64,000 nucleotides of DNA from a virus: IMG/VR virus record IMGVR_UViG_3300029915_000003; one strand, 5' to 3'. The notes beneath the pieces were generated by a model that worked only from the letters and a program-made list of their open reading frames with translations, did not search any database and was not told where the DNA came from. Positions 1 to 9,229 of this stretch are shown here, piece by piece; positions within the stretch are counted from its first letter, which is position 1, and every line of letters begins with the position of its first letter. The position numbers were made by a program, and so were the translations under genes.

Positions 1-7
1 TGCCAAG

Positions 8-604
8 ATGTCCAAAGCAGAAAAGCGAGTAGAAATCGCAAAGGATGTCTTATTGCGACTAAAAGCCAAGAAACTGAAGGCTGAACACGGATCTTGGGTT
101 AAAGGTACACTTAAAAATGCAATCAAAAATGCCAAACCAGAACAACAATTAAACAAGGTTATGCCTGAAGTTTGCAGGGTTTGTGCTCTGGGTGCGTGCT
201 TTGTTGGAGCAGTGGGAAAGTTCAACCATTTGACTATCGGAGAGGCAAATGAAAAATATATTACATATAATTTAGGTCAGGAAGTATTTGACTACGATAG
301 CAAAGTGGATTGTATTTCCACGGACTTAGATGTTGCTTTACCTCAACTCTACCTAAAGCGTTTCTTTTCCCAAAACCAAATGGCTTTAATTGAAAATGCC
401 TTTGAAAATGGAGAGGGAGCCAATATGTATTGCTCCCTGAAAGAAGACAAGATGTATAATGCTTCTCAATATTTTCCAGAAGAATGTAAACCAAACGATC
501 GTATCCGCCTATTAATGGAAAATATCATCCTTAATAAGGGTGAATTTAAGCTTAACTTACTTCCCGTCAAGCGCAAGGGTAAGTGGGTTCTGGAAAAACA
601 ATAA
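8..604 (+). CDS. hypothetical phage protein (CxxCALG motif)
   Basis: 198-aa ORF with CRVCALGAC; stop abuts the next ATG at 606. Confidence 0.6.
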   Translation: MSKAEKRVEIAKDVLLRLKAKKLKAEHGSWVKGTLKNAIKNAKPEQQLNKVMPEVCRVCALGACFVGAVGKFNHLTIGEANEKYITYNLGQEVFDYDSKVDCISTDLDVALPQLYLKRFFSQNQMALIENAFENGEGANMYCSLKEDKMYNASQYFPEECKPNDRIRLLMENIILNKGEFKLNLLPVKRKGKWVLEKQ

Positions 605-605
605 A

Positions 606-1619
606 ATGAATAAACCAGATTTATCGTATGACGATGTAGTATTGAAGCCCCGATATTCGACTCTTAGGAGTCGGTCTGAAGCCGATACGTCTGTATCCAT
701 TAGTAATGGTATGGGGAAGACTATCACCCTAAAGGTACCTGTGTTAAGTGCCAATATGGATACAATTACAGAGGTAGCCACCGCCAAGGCCATGCATGAA
801 GCTGGAGGTTTGGGATGTCTACATCGATACGCAGATGTGGATGTCACCCTTGCGTGGATTAAACAGCTAAAAGAACACAATACACCTCCATGTGTGTCTG
901 TTGGGGTGGGTTCTGGCGAAGTAGACAAGGCCAAGCTATATATAGAGGCAGGAGCACAGGTTGTTATTGTAGATATAGCTCATGCCCACTCAATACAAAT
1001 GGGGGAAATGCTCAATAAACTACATGGGTTACCGAACCGTAAGGATTTTATCCTTATTGGAGGGAATGTAGCCACCAAAGAAGCAGCTGTCTATTTAGTA
1101 GACAATGGATGTGACGTAATTAAGGTTGGTATCGGACCGGGTATCGTTTGTACTACTACCAATGTAACAGGGCACGGCCGTCCCCAATTTACCGCCGTGG
1201 AAGAATGTGTAAATGCCGTTTCAGCCCTTTCTTACCGTAAAACAGTTAAGGTTATAGCTGATGGGGGCCTACGGAGCAGTGGAGATATTGTCAAGGCCCT
1301 AGCTGTTGGAGCGGACCTAGTTATGGTTGGAGGAATGCTAGCTGGCTGCGATGAATGCCCCAAAGACGCCCAAGGCCACACGGTCTACCGAGGTATGGCC
1401 AGTGCAGAGGCCCAACTAGATCACCACCGCTCAGTCCACAATGGAGCCCCAGAAGGAGTATCCAAGCCGGTTACACCTAAAGGTTCAATTGTCAAGGTCA
1501 TGGAAACCATTGCTGGAGGTATTCGGTCGGGGATGAGTTACAGTGGTGCTAGAACCCTCAATGAATTAGTCAACAAGGCAGAATTTACAATAACTACCAG
1601 TAATTTCAACAAAAAGTAA
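606..1619 (+). CDS. IMP dehydrogenase/GMP reductase family protein, no CBS domains (GMP reductase-like)
   Basis: Motifs LSYDDV..P, SANMDT, GGLGCLHR, DIAHAHS, GNVAT, KVGIGPGIVCTT (catalytic Cys), IADGG, ALAVGAD.VM.G, YRGMAS, PEG; ATG at 606 preferred. Confidence 0.92.
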   Translation: MNKPDLSYDDVVLKPRYSTLRSRSEADTSVSISNGMGKTITLKVPVLSANMDTITEVATAKAMHEAGGLGCLHRYADVDVTLAWIKQLKEHNTPPCVSVGVGSGEVDKAKLYIEAGAQVVIVDIAHAHSIQMGEMLNKLHGLPNRKDFILIGGNVATKEAAVYLVDNGCDVIKVGIGPGIVCTTTNVTGHGRPQFTAVEECVNAVSALSYRKTVKVIADGGLRSSGDIVKALAVGADLVMVGGMLAGCDECPKDAQGHTVYRGMASAEAQLDHHRSVHNGAPEGVSKPVTPKGSIVKVMETIAGGIRSGMSYSGARTLNELVNKAEFTITTSNFNKK

Positions 1620-1622
1620 AAA

Positions 1623-1712
1623 ATGGAAATACTATTCATCAGTTTTGGTATAACAATTCTATTAGCTACGTTAATCCCTTTAATTGAACTATTTATCGAT
1701 AAGAGGAAATAA
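1623..1712 (+). CDS. 29-aa single-pass membrane peptide
   Basis: MEILFISFGITILLATLIPLIELFIDKRK fills the gap directly after the GMPR stop. Confidence 0.45.
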   Translation: MEILFISFGITILLATLIPLIELFIDKRK

Positions 1713-1761
1713 AATGCTATTGACAATTTGTGCATTGGTCGGGTCCCAATTTTAAAGGGTA

Positions 1762-3045
1762 ATGGCTACCGTAGATATATTCAACACCCAAACCCAAGAG
1801 ACTTTTGAACTAGAGGTCTCCAATTCGGAAGAGTTGGAGATCTATCTACGTAGAAATATTAAATTCCTTAACAATAATGTACCTTTTGGTAACTTAGCCA
1901 AATGTTTGCAACTAATAGAAGATGATGGTAATTATCTATTAGACTTCTCCAAAGCAGAAGAGTTGTTTGACTCAATTCCAACTCAAAACATACCAGAAGC
2001 CATAGAATCAGACCTAAACAGCCACGCCCTTAGCAATTTAGGTAAATCAGAGTCTAGCGTACTGGAAGAAGAGTACGGTATCAAACCAGATAAATGGGCC
2101 AAAGTCCTAGGTAATAATCTCAAACCATTTAACCCAAAATTAGTAGCACCAAAGGTTATAAGTCCTTGGAATCAGGACGGAATAACCTTCTCCAAAGCCA
2201 TCAGATCTGCGTTTGATGCAAATAAAGTACATTACGTACATTTAGGTGGGAAGCACAGTAATGGTAGCATGGTAGCGTTTGATCCATCTACCAAAATACG
2301 TTACCTATTAAAGCCAGGATTTGGAGAGTCTTCTCCTGCGGCTGGTATTAGGGAAACCCCCTACACTCAATCTCAACGAGAAACGGCCTTTTACCATGCA
2401 TCTGTTTCCATGGATTTAGGTAATTATTTACCTGAATGCCAAATGTTGTTGTTTGATGGCAAGGAAGTTGCTTGCATAAAAATGCTTCCGGACTACTTTG
2501 TAAATTACGTGGACTTCACTACTGAAGACCAGTTTTTAGGTAGAGAAGTTCTGGAAAACTATTTGGTTTCAGGAACCCTACATAAATGGGCTGTCATGGA
2601 TTACGTTCTCGGGAACGTAGATAGGCACAGCTCCAACCTAATGGTGGGTAGACCCAAAGGCAACAGCAGCGACGGGAATAAAGGCGTCACTGTTCGCCTA
2701 ATAGACCACGGTAGCACCTTGGCTGGTTTGGGTTTTGACCCAGCCAATGATCCTTCCAGCTATTTACCGTATTATTTACGTATGTGGAGTTCCATTTCCA
2801 AGTTCCAACGCTTGATCCCAAAAGACAGGTTTCACCAAATGCCCACAACTTCTTTGGAGGGTGAAAAGATTTTAAGAAACTGGTTCAAAGACCTTGATTT
2901 GGTTAAATTGGCATGGGTGTTAGAATCTTATGGAATAAACCCCCAACCCATGATTGCCCGTGCGACCCAAATACACCTAAATATGGCAAACGGAAGGCTG
3001 GATGAGGCAATAAACAAACTATGGGCTGGTTACGATAATCTTTAA
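1762..3045 (+). CDS. PI3K/PI4K/HipA-like kinase-fold protein
   Basis: YLLKP (ATP-binding Lys), RETAFY, DYVLGNVDRHSSNLM (catalytic loop), LIDHG (Mg-binding). Confidence 0.8.
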   Translation: MATVDIFNTQTQETFELEVSNSEELEIYLRRNIKFLNNNVPFGNLAKCLQLIEDDGNYLLDFSKAEELFDSIPTQNIPEAIESDLNSHALSNLGKSESSVLEEEYGIKPDKWAKVLGNNLKPFNPKLVAPKVISPWNQDGITFSKAIRSAFDANKVHYVHLGGKHSNGSMVAFDPSTKIRYLLKPGFGESSPAAGIRETPYTQSQRETAFYHASVSMDLGNYLPECQMLLFDGKEVACIKMLPDYFVNYVDFTTEDQFLGREVLENYLVSGTLHKWAVMDYVLGNVDRHSSNLMVGRPKGNSSDGNKGVTVRLIDHGSTLAGLGFDPANDPSSYLPYYLRMWSSISKFQRLIPKDRFHQMPTTSLEGEKILRNWFKDLDLVKLAWVLESYGINPQPMIARATQIHLNMANGRLDEAINKLWAGYDNL

Positions 3046-3048
3046 TAT

Positions 3049-3360
3049 ATGGAAATATCAGACAAACAAATCAAAGGCAAACCCAAAGTTGTAGGAAGTA
3101 CCGAAAATGGACCGGTACTGTCTATGACCACAAAGGGTGGATTGCATTTAATCCTAGGAATGAATAAGGGCGGCAAGACCGAAACTTTAGCTATGGGTTC
3201 GCATCCTGCACTTGCAAGGCATATAGCCTCCAAAAAAGCCGATATTACGTGGAATTCATTAGAAAAATCAGAAGCTAGGGATACCGAAACATTTAAAGAA
3301 CTAATCCCTAAATACGAAAAACTAACTGACGAAATTAGAGAATTAGAAAACAAGGAATAA
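3049..3360 (+). CDS. hypothetical, probable virion protein
   Basis: 103-aa ORF preceded by late motif; SLEKSE site. Confidence 0.6.
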   Translation: MEISDKQIKGKPKVVGSTENGPVLSMTTKGGLHLILGMNKGGKTETLAMGSHPALARHIASKKADITWNSLEKSEARDTETFKELIPKYEKLTDEIRELENKE

Positions 3361-4215
3361 ATGGCTCCCAAGAACACCATTACCACAACGCCTATGCCTT
3401 ATAGCGGGATAATGCCCGCTTTCAATCCTGACGATTTTGCGGCTTTCATTGATTCAAATGGAGTAGAGCTTATTCATTATAAGGCCATACCTTGTCCCGT
3501 AGGGCTTGAAGATGAACAAGATTCTGTTCACAAGAACCATGTACCCCATGCTGGATGCAGTAACGGTTACATATTCATAGAAGCTGGCTGTTTGGTCGCC
3601 ACCTTCAATAACGCCCCAAATTTATGGAACCTAGGTGATACCGGACTAGTTTCGGGTTCTACCTGTATGGTTACATTTCCTTTTACTTATACGGATGGAA
3701 TTACACCCGTAGTAATAGCCGTACAAGATAGATTTTATCTAAAAGATATACAATGCTATGTTACCTCCCAGCAAAGGTTCCAACGTGGCAACGGTACAAC
3801 TGATTTCTTACACTTTCCCCCAGAATACATAGAATATATCTTTGATTCCAAGGGTTTGCAATACTTGTCTACGGATTATAGCGTTACTCAGGGCTCTCTT
3901 CTTTGGGTAGGAAACAGACCTGCTGAAGGTACTATTTGTGCCATTAGGTATTTATACCGCCCTTTTTGGTATGCAGCGAGATTATTACACGAAATTCGCG
4001 TAGCCAGAACAGAAAATATGGTTACAGGTGAAAGAGGGCTTACTAGAATGCCTTATTCAGCCCTTTGTAATCGTGAGAACGTAGGTAGAAATGAATATAC
4101 TCAAATTAACCCAAATCAAATTGTTCCGCCAAGAGCTATTTTGCCACCCAACCAACGAAATAATTTTTTATCTGGTAAATCACCAAGCTCTATAAGTGAA
4201 ATAGAGGAAGAATAA
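3361..4215 (+). CDS. putative head-completion/neck protein
   Basis: CP..(H)..GCSNGY motif as seen in myophage neck proteins; position in the virion cluster. Confidence 0.5.
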   Translation: MAPKNTITTTPMPYSGIMPAFNPDDFAAFIDSNGVELIHYKAIPCPVGLEDEQDSVHKNHVPHAGCSNGYIFIEAGCLVATFNNAPNLWNLGDTGLVSGSTCMVTFPFTYTDGITPVVIAVQDRFYLKDIQCYVTSQQRFQRGNGTTDFLHFPPEYIEYIFDSKGLQYLSTDYSVTQGSLLWVGNRPAEGTICAIRYLYRPFWYAARLLHEIRVARTENMVTGERGLTRMPYSALCNRENVGRNEYTQINPNQIVPPRAILPPNQRNNFLSGKSPSSISEIEEE

Positions 4216-4216
4216 A

Positions 4217-4948
4217 ATGATAGTATATGGATTAGTTTATGCTCTATTGGATCCTTTTGGAAAAATTAGATATATAGGTCAAACATGCGATACAATAGAG
4301 CAGAGATTTAAAGAACACCTATTTCCTTCAAATCTTAAAAATTTAGATCACAAAACCAATTGGATAAAATCATTATTATCAAAAAACCAAAAACCTACGA
4401 TAAGATTGCTTCAAGATAATATTCCTGTAAAATTCATAGAAACCAAAGAAAAACAATGGGATATGACTATTATTGATACCACTGAAACAGAATGGATTCG
4501 TCTATATAAACTAATTGGCGCAAAATTAACCAATAGCACAAATGGAGGGGGAGGTCAGCATGGAAGAATCCCAAGTAAAGAAACTTTACGTAAAATGTCT
4601 GAATCTCATAAGGGTAAAAACAATGGACCCGTAGCTGCTGCTAATATATCAAAAGCCTTAACAGGAAAGAAGAGAGCCCCATTTACAAAAGAACACAAAA
4701 GGAATATAGCGATAGGAGCTACAGGTAAGCTTCAATCAGAAGAATCAAAATATAAAAAATCAGTTACCTTGAAAGCAAACCAAAAGAACACAGAACATCT
4801 ACGTAAGCTATCGGAAGCAAGGAGGGGTGTGCCGCAAAGTCCAGAATTAATAGCAAAAAGAGTGGCTTCCTGTAAACTAACTCTTGAAAGAAACAAAAAA
4901 AAGAAAATAGATGCAATAAATGCTATATTTTCTTTTTTAATGTCTTAA
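4217..4948 (+). CDS. GIY-YIG homing endonuclease with NUMOD3 repeats
   Basis: VYALLDP..IRYIGQT, R..EH, LTN.T.GG; C-terminal basic SKETLRKMSESHKG-type repeats. Confidence 0.88.
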   Translation: MIVYGLVYALLDPFGKIRYIGQTCDTIEQRFKEHLFPSNLKNLDHKTNWIKSLLSKNQKPTIRLLQDNIPVKFIETKEKQWDMTIIDTTETEWIRLYKLIGAKLTNSTNGGGGQHGRIPSKETLRKMSESHKGKNNGPVAAANISKALTGKKRAPFTKEHKRNIAIGATGKLQSEESKYKKSVTLKANQKNTEHLRKLSEARRGVPQSPELIAKRVASCKLTLERNKKKKIDAINAIFSFLMS

Positions 4949-4969
4949 ACCGCAATTTTACCACTAAAT

Positions 4970-5797
4970 ATGAAAGATTCTCAATTTCTACAACTTTTCA
5001 TTGGTAAAGAAGGAGCCCAAGCCCTTTCTAAGTCTGCGCGCGCAATCCCCTCTATAAATACCGTTATAGCGCCAACAGTACTTTCCACCTGGATCAGCTT
5101 AGTTGAGAACTTCGATGGGGAGGTCCTGGGTAAATCCATTAAATTCCAAAAGAACGAAGATGGGACATATAATGGTTCAGTTCAATTTTCAAAAGGGATG
5201 TCTATAGATTTTACCCTAAAGGACATTTTTTACGTGGTATCAGCTATTGCTGTAGCCCATGACTTAACAGGCGATATTGGAAATATCAAAAAAACAGACT
5301 TAACTGCTTTAAATAAGACTATTTCTGCCTTAGTAACACATACTCTTAATAAATCCCAAATGGTAGGAATAAATGCTGGTTTGGCGGCAAAACCACTAGC
5401 TGCAATGACTCCTACTCCTCCTAGTCCACCATCAATGAAACCCTTGGGAGCTAAGGCTCAAATACCAGGGATGCCCAAAGCGGATCCTTCCTTGTTGGCC
5501 AGTCAAGGGGTACCCCCCAATGAAATTCATTCCCCCAGTAGCTCTACGGGAACTAGTAGCTTGGGTACCATGAAATTACCTTCCTTGAAGTTGAAGAAGT
5601 CAGAAATAGTAGACAAATGTGGGATATGTGCCACCAAGCATTTCAAGGAAGACGTACTCAAGGGATGTCTCTGTATTCGGGGATTGCTCAAAACCACAAC
5701 CGTCGAACTCAAAGAAGACACCTATGTATTGGTAAATACTAATAATTTAGGTTTAAGTGATTTTGGTTTTATAGCAGACGCCTTGAAGGGTTTTTAA
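4970..5797 (+). CDS. hypothetical virion-cluster protein with C-terminal CxxC..CxC
   Basis: 275-aa ORF, late motif upstream, several LxKS sites. Confidence 0.6.
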   Translation: MKDSQFLQLFIGKEGAQALSKSARAIPSINTVIAPTVLSTWISLVENFDGEVLGKSIKFQKNEDGTYNGSVQFSKGMSIDFTLKDIFYVVSAIAVAHDLTGDIGNIKKTDLTALNKTISALVTHTLNKSQMVGINAGLAAKPLAAMTPTPPSPPSMKPLGAKAQIPGMPKADPSLLASQGVPPNEIHSPSSSTGTSSLGTMKLPSLKLKKSEIVDKCGICATKHFKEDVLKGCLCIRGLLKTTTVELKEDTYVLVNTNNLGLSDFGFIADALKGF

Positions 5798-5799
5798 TA

Positions 5800-6321
5800 A
5801 TGGAAAAATCTAAAGAAAAATCAACCAAAGGTCCCCATAAGTGGATGGACAAATATGTCTTAGTAGACAAAGACGACTCAGCCTCTCTCGATAGGGACAG
5901 TGCTGTTGGTGAATTTCACAACAAACTCCCCAGAGAGGTAGCCGAAAAGGAAGCTTACCATAAATACACCCAAAAGGTCCATCAAGACGGGGCAATACAC
6001 CACTTAAAGGGAATGAAGGCTGCTGAAGCTACTGGAAATAAAGAAGCCAAAGAGTCCCATGGGTTAAAACTATATCTACATCTTAAGGCTTTGGGTGGAG
6101 ATCAAACAGAATTAGCATCTAAAATCAAGGCTTTGGCGGATGAAGACACATCTACCGGTACTTATAAGTTTCAAAGCCATTCTGGGGATGATCTTTTACA
6201 AGACTGCCTATCAAAAACAGAAACAAAAGACTATTTGCGTGAATTACTTAAAAATATGACCAAAAAACTTATCCAGAACGTCTTACAAGACAACAATCTT
6301 AATCATAATGAAATCAAATAA
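5800..6321 (+). CDS. hypothetical protein
   Basis: 173-aa ORF tightly coupled to its neighbours. Confidence 0.6.
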   Translation: MEKSKEKSTKGPHKWMDKYVLVDKDDSASLDRDSAVGEFHNKLPREVAEKEAYHKYTQKVHQDGAIHHLKGMKAAEATGNKEAKESHGLKLYLHLKALGGDQTELASKIKALADEDTSTGTYKFQSHSGDDLLQDCLSKTETKDYLRELLKNMTKKLIQNVLQDNNLNHNEIK

Positions 6322-7516
6322 AAAATACAAATGTGATATTTTAGACGGAACAAGGATCGGAAGATTGACTGTAGTCGAAAAATTAATAGAAAAGACTAAA
6401 AATGGTTCTTTGAAATATTTATGTAAATGTGATTGTGGCAATCAAAAAATCATAAAAGGAGCCAACCTTTATTCAACAAAAACAATTAAGGCGACACAAA
6501 GTTGTGGTTGTTTACAAAGGGAATCAATCAAATTAATATTTAAAGACTTAGAAATTATAGAAATTGGTAGCAGGGTGGGTCAAGTAACTATATTAAAAGA
6601 ACTAGAGATTCGCAATAAGAATGGAAGTAAATACTTTTTATGTAAATGCGATTGCGGTAAAGAGATAAAGACAACAGCGACAAGACTTAGAATCAAACAT
6701 AAAAGTTCTGCGAAATATTCAACCATAGAAAGTTGTGGATGTTTAAGAAGCGAACGACGGTTATCTGGCGGCAAAAATCCGCCTGGGTTAAATATCATTA
6801 ACAAGCTTGTTAGTGATTATATCACTGGGGCGAAACATAGAGGATATAGCAATACGCTCACCTGGGATGAGCATGTGTATTTATTTAAACAAAACTGTTA
6901 TTATTGTAATTTACCTCCATCGAATATTTTAAAAGCATATAATTCAAGTTATATTTATTCCGGTATTGATAGAATCGATAATACTATTGGATATACTATA
7001 GATAATGTTGTCTCATCTTGCAAGAAATGTAATATAGCAAAGTTCTCTGGCACACAGTTGAATTTCATTAAATGGATTAAGAGTTTATACGAATTTAAAG
7101 AAACAACGAACATTTTAATTGATTTCGATCCAAAATTCAGAGCATTGAATCAATTAATCAGTAAATACAAAACTTCAGCAAAACAAAGGAAACTAAAATA
7201 TGATTTAGACAAAGAAACAGCAATTTTCCTTTTCAAAGGGGCATGTATTTATTGTAAAAAATCGCCATACAGAATATTCAAGATAAGAGCAAAGAAAGAA
7301 TATTTATATGTCTATAACGGTATAGATAGAGTTGATAACCGTCAAGGATATATTAAGGAAAATGTTGTTTCTTGCTGCACACAATGTAATTATAGTAAAA
7401 GGGATTTGTCAGTACAAGAATTTAAAGATTGGACATTGAGAGCATACAACCATATGAAATCTAATGGTATTTTTGATAAAATAAAGCCCAAAGACAATAT
7501 TTACAAGAACTTTTGA
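6308..7516 (+). CDS. HNH homing endonuclease with duplicated modules
   Basis: Two GRLTV..CKCDCG..SCGC modules and two CxxC..GIDR.DN..GY...NVV..C..CN HNH-type modules. Confidence 0.85.
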   Translation: MKSNKKYKCDILDGTRIGRLTVVEKLIEKTKNGSLKYLCKCDCGNQKIIKGANLYSTKTIKATQSCGCLQRESIKLIFKDLEIIEIGSRVGQVTILKELEIRNKNGSKYFLCKCDCGKEIKTTATRLRIKHKSSAKYSTIESCGCLRSERRLSGGKNPPGLNIINKLVSDYITGAKHRGYSNTLTWDEHVYLFKQNCYYCNLPPSNILKAYNSSYIYSGIDRIDNTIGYTIDNVVSSCKKCNIAKFSGTQLNFIKWIKSLYEFKETTNILIDFDPKFRALNQLISKYKTSAKQRKLKYDLDKETAIFLFKGACIYCKKSPYRIFKIRAKKEYLYVYNGIDRVDNRQGYIKENVVSCCTQCNYSKRDLSVQEFKDWTLRAYNHMKSNGIFDKIKPKDNIYKNF

Positions 7517-7592
7517 AAGAAATGGTCGGAAATCTGGCCAAAGCAATAAAGAAGTAAAGCAATAATCTTATTTACAGGAGATTTAAACAATT

Positions 7593-8264
7593 ATGGCAAA
7601 TAACATTCGAAGTGCTACAGCGTCAATGGTTAATACGGGCAGCTACGACGGTCTATGCGTACTAAGCAGTGCAGACGCTTTTGACGTTGGGGCTACAGTG
7701 AGTATTACCTCAACGGTATACCCCCAACCCAACAATCTAGTAATTCTGGCTAAAAATGGAAGCATCCTCACCCTTGGTCTTCCCAATGGTGGTGGTCTAG
7801 CCAATTTAAGCCAATACTTCTGCCCTCCGATTGACACCGTTACGGTCCAGCAATCAGCCGGTCCTGGTCCTGGCAGCGGTGGCTACAACATTTTCCCTGG
7901 TACTCCGGGTCAAAACTTTTACGGTAATTTCGGTCTAACCCTTGGACCGGACGTTGGAAGTTCAGCTGTTGGTTCAACCTATTGGTCTCTAGCGGCTCTT
8001 GCCGATGCGACTACGGGTGATGCTCTTATTTGGGTTGCGGCCACTGCTGGTTATAACGCTCCGGCTTGGGGTGCGTCTCAAGTAATTCAAGCTAGCATGC
8101 AACGAGCCTCGGGCGGTAACGTATATGTTGCCCTAAATAGCGGAACGACCAATAGCGGTCAGACCCCTACCGGAACTACTACTTTTACCGGTACAGACGG
8201 TATCACTTGGCAATTCTTAGCCACTGCGACACCCGCAACCTTCACTCAAATCGGTATCAAATAA
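7593..8264 (+). CDS. virion decoration/fibre-like protein with CBM-like motif
   Basis: Strong SD (AGGAG), late motif, G/T/S-rich, W..S..Y.A..SGTT..PT....DG.TW; followed by a terminator. Confidence 0.55.
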   Translation: MANNIRSATASMVNTGSYDGLCVLSSADAFDVGATVSITSTVYPQPNNLVILAKNGSILTLGLPNGGGLANLSQYFCPPIDTVTVQQSAGPGPGSGGYNIFPGTPGQNFYGNFGLTLGPDVGSSAVGSTYWSLAALADATTGDALIWVAATAGYNAPAWGASQVIQASMQRASGGNVYVALNSGTTNSGQTPTGTTTFTGTDGITWQFLATATPATFTQIGIK

Positions 8265-8290
8265 AATTTAATTAAGGTAAATCTCCTGTG

Positions 8291-8324
8291 AAAGGGTTCT
8301 GGGTTTAAACACCTAGAACCTTTT
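8291..8324 (+). terminator. rho-independent terminator
   Basis: AAAGGGTTCTGGGT-TTAAAC-ACCTAGAACCTTTT hairpin followed by T-rich tract. Confidence 0.75.
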
Positions 8325-8350
8325 CTATTTGGGGAATAATCTTTAAGCAT

Positions 8351-9229
8351 ATGACTTTCCCCAACCAAGTTTCCAGTACTACCACGGATGTAGGTACCCC
8401 TTTTGGCCAGATAAACGTGGGTAATTCTAATGGCTTTACACCTGGAGCGACTGTATTGATAAGTTCTCAGGTATTTCCTACTCCCTATCAATTAAAAATA
8501 CTATCCATACAAGGGAATCAATTAAACCTAGTAACCCTACAAGACACCATACCTGATTTAAGCCAATTTGGTACCCTACCTACAGATACCACCACTATCA
8601 CCCAAATAACTACTCCGATAGGATGGTATACCCTTTTAGATGGTAATCCCGGTTCTTCATATTATGGTTATTTTAACAAAGTTACTGGTCCCGATACTGG
8701 CAACGCCAATGAATGGGATCAGTTTTGGTGCTTAAATGCATCCAATAATGGTGATTCAATAATTTGGATTTGTTCTTCTCCAGGTGTTTGCGCTCCTCAA
8801 TGGGCTGAAGGCCAATCCATCCAAATAAACATGCAACGCAGTAATGCTGGTCAAAACTACGTTGCTACTTCTAGTGGTACTACTACTGGGGGAAATGCCC
8901 CTACTGGTACAGCCACAGAAACAGGAACTGATGGAATTACATGGATTTATGTAAATAGTTTACCTGTTGCTACATTTAACAGTATATTATTGGCAAGTCC
9001 TGGTGGAAGTCCTCCAACCTTTGTAAACAATGAGATACCAACAGGTTCAATAGATGGTATTAACGGTACCTTTACTTTACTACACATACCTCTTGATGGC
9101 ATTAATGTGTATTTATCGGGATTAAGAGTCCCCCCTGTTAATTATACTTTAATTGGCAATGTTTTTACTTTCGTATTAGGGCAAATTCCACCAGAAGGAT
9201 CTTATCTTTATGTCGATTACTCATATTAA
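8351..9229 (+). CDS. virion protein, paralog of 7593..8264 with an extra C-terminal domain
   Basis: Colinear similarity (GATV.I.S.V.P.P..L.IL, GPD.G, GD..IW, AP.W, MQR, GTDGITW); C-terminal E.P.G.IDG.N..FTL motif. Confidence 0.6.
   Translation: MTFPNQVSSTTTDVGTPFGQINVGNSNGFTPGATVLISSQVFPTPYQLKILSIQGNQLNLVTLQDTIPDLSQFGTLPTDTTTITQITTPIGWYTLLDGNPGSSYYGYFNKVTGPDTGNANEWDQFWCLNASNNGDSIIWICSSPGVCAPQWAEGQSIQINMQRSNAGQNYVATSSGTTTGGNAPTGTATETGTDGITWIYVNSLPVATFNSILLASPGGSPPTFVNNEIPTGSIDGINGTFTLLHIPLDGINVYLSGLRVPPVNYTLIGNVFTFVLGQIPPEGSYLYVDYSY

Noticed and set aside
540-605. Upstream extensions of ORF-track starts (540, 13750, 14692, 53160, 61872)
   Set aside because: They overlap neighbouring genes or lack start signals; downstream ATGs fit SD or promoter positions better
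1720-1760. TTGACA upstream of the kinase gene as a sigma70 promoter
   Set aside because: No -10 element at 16-18 bp spacing; the late motif explains the site better
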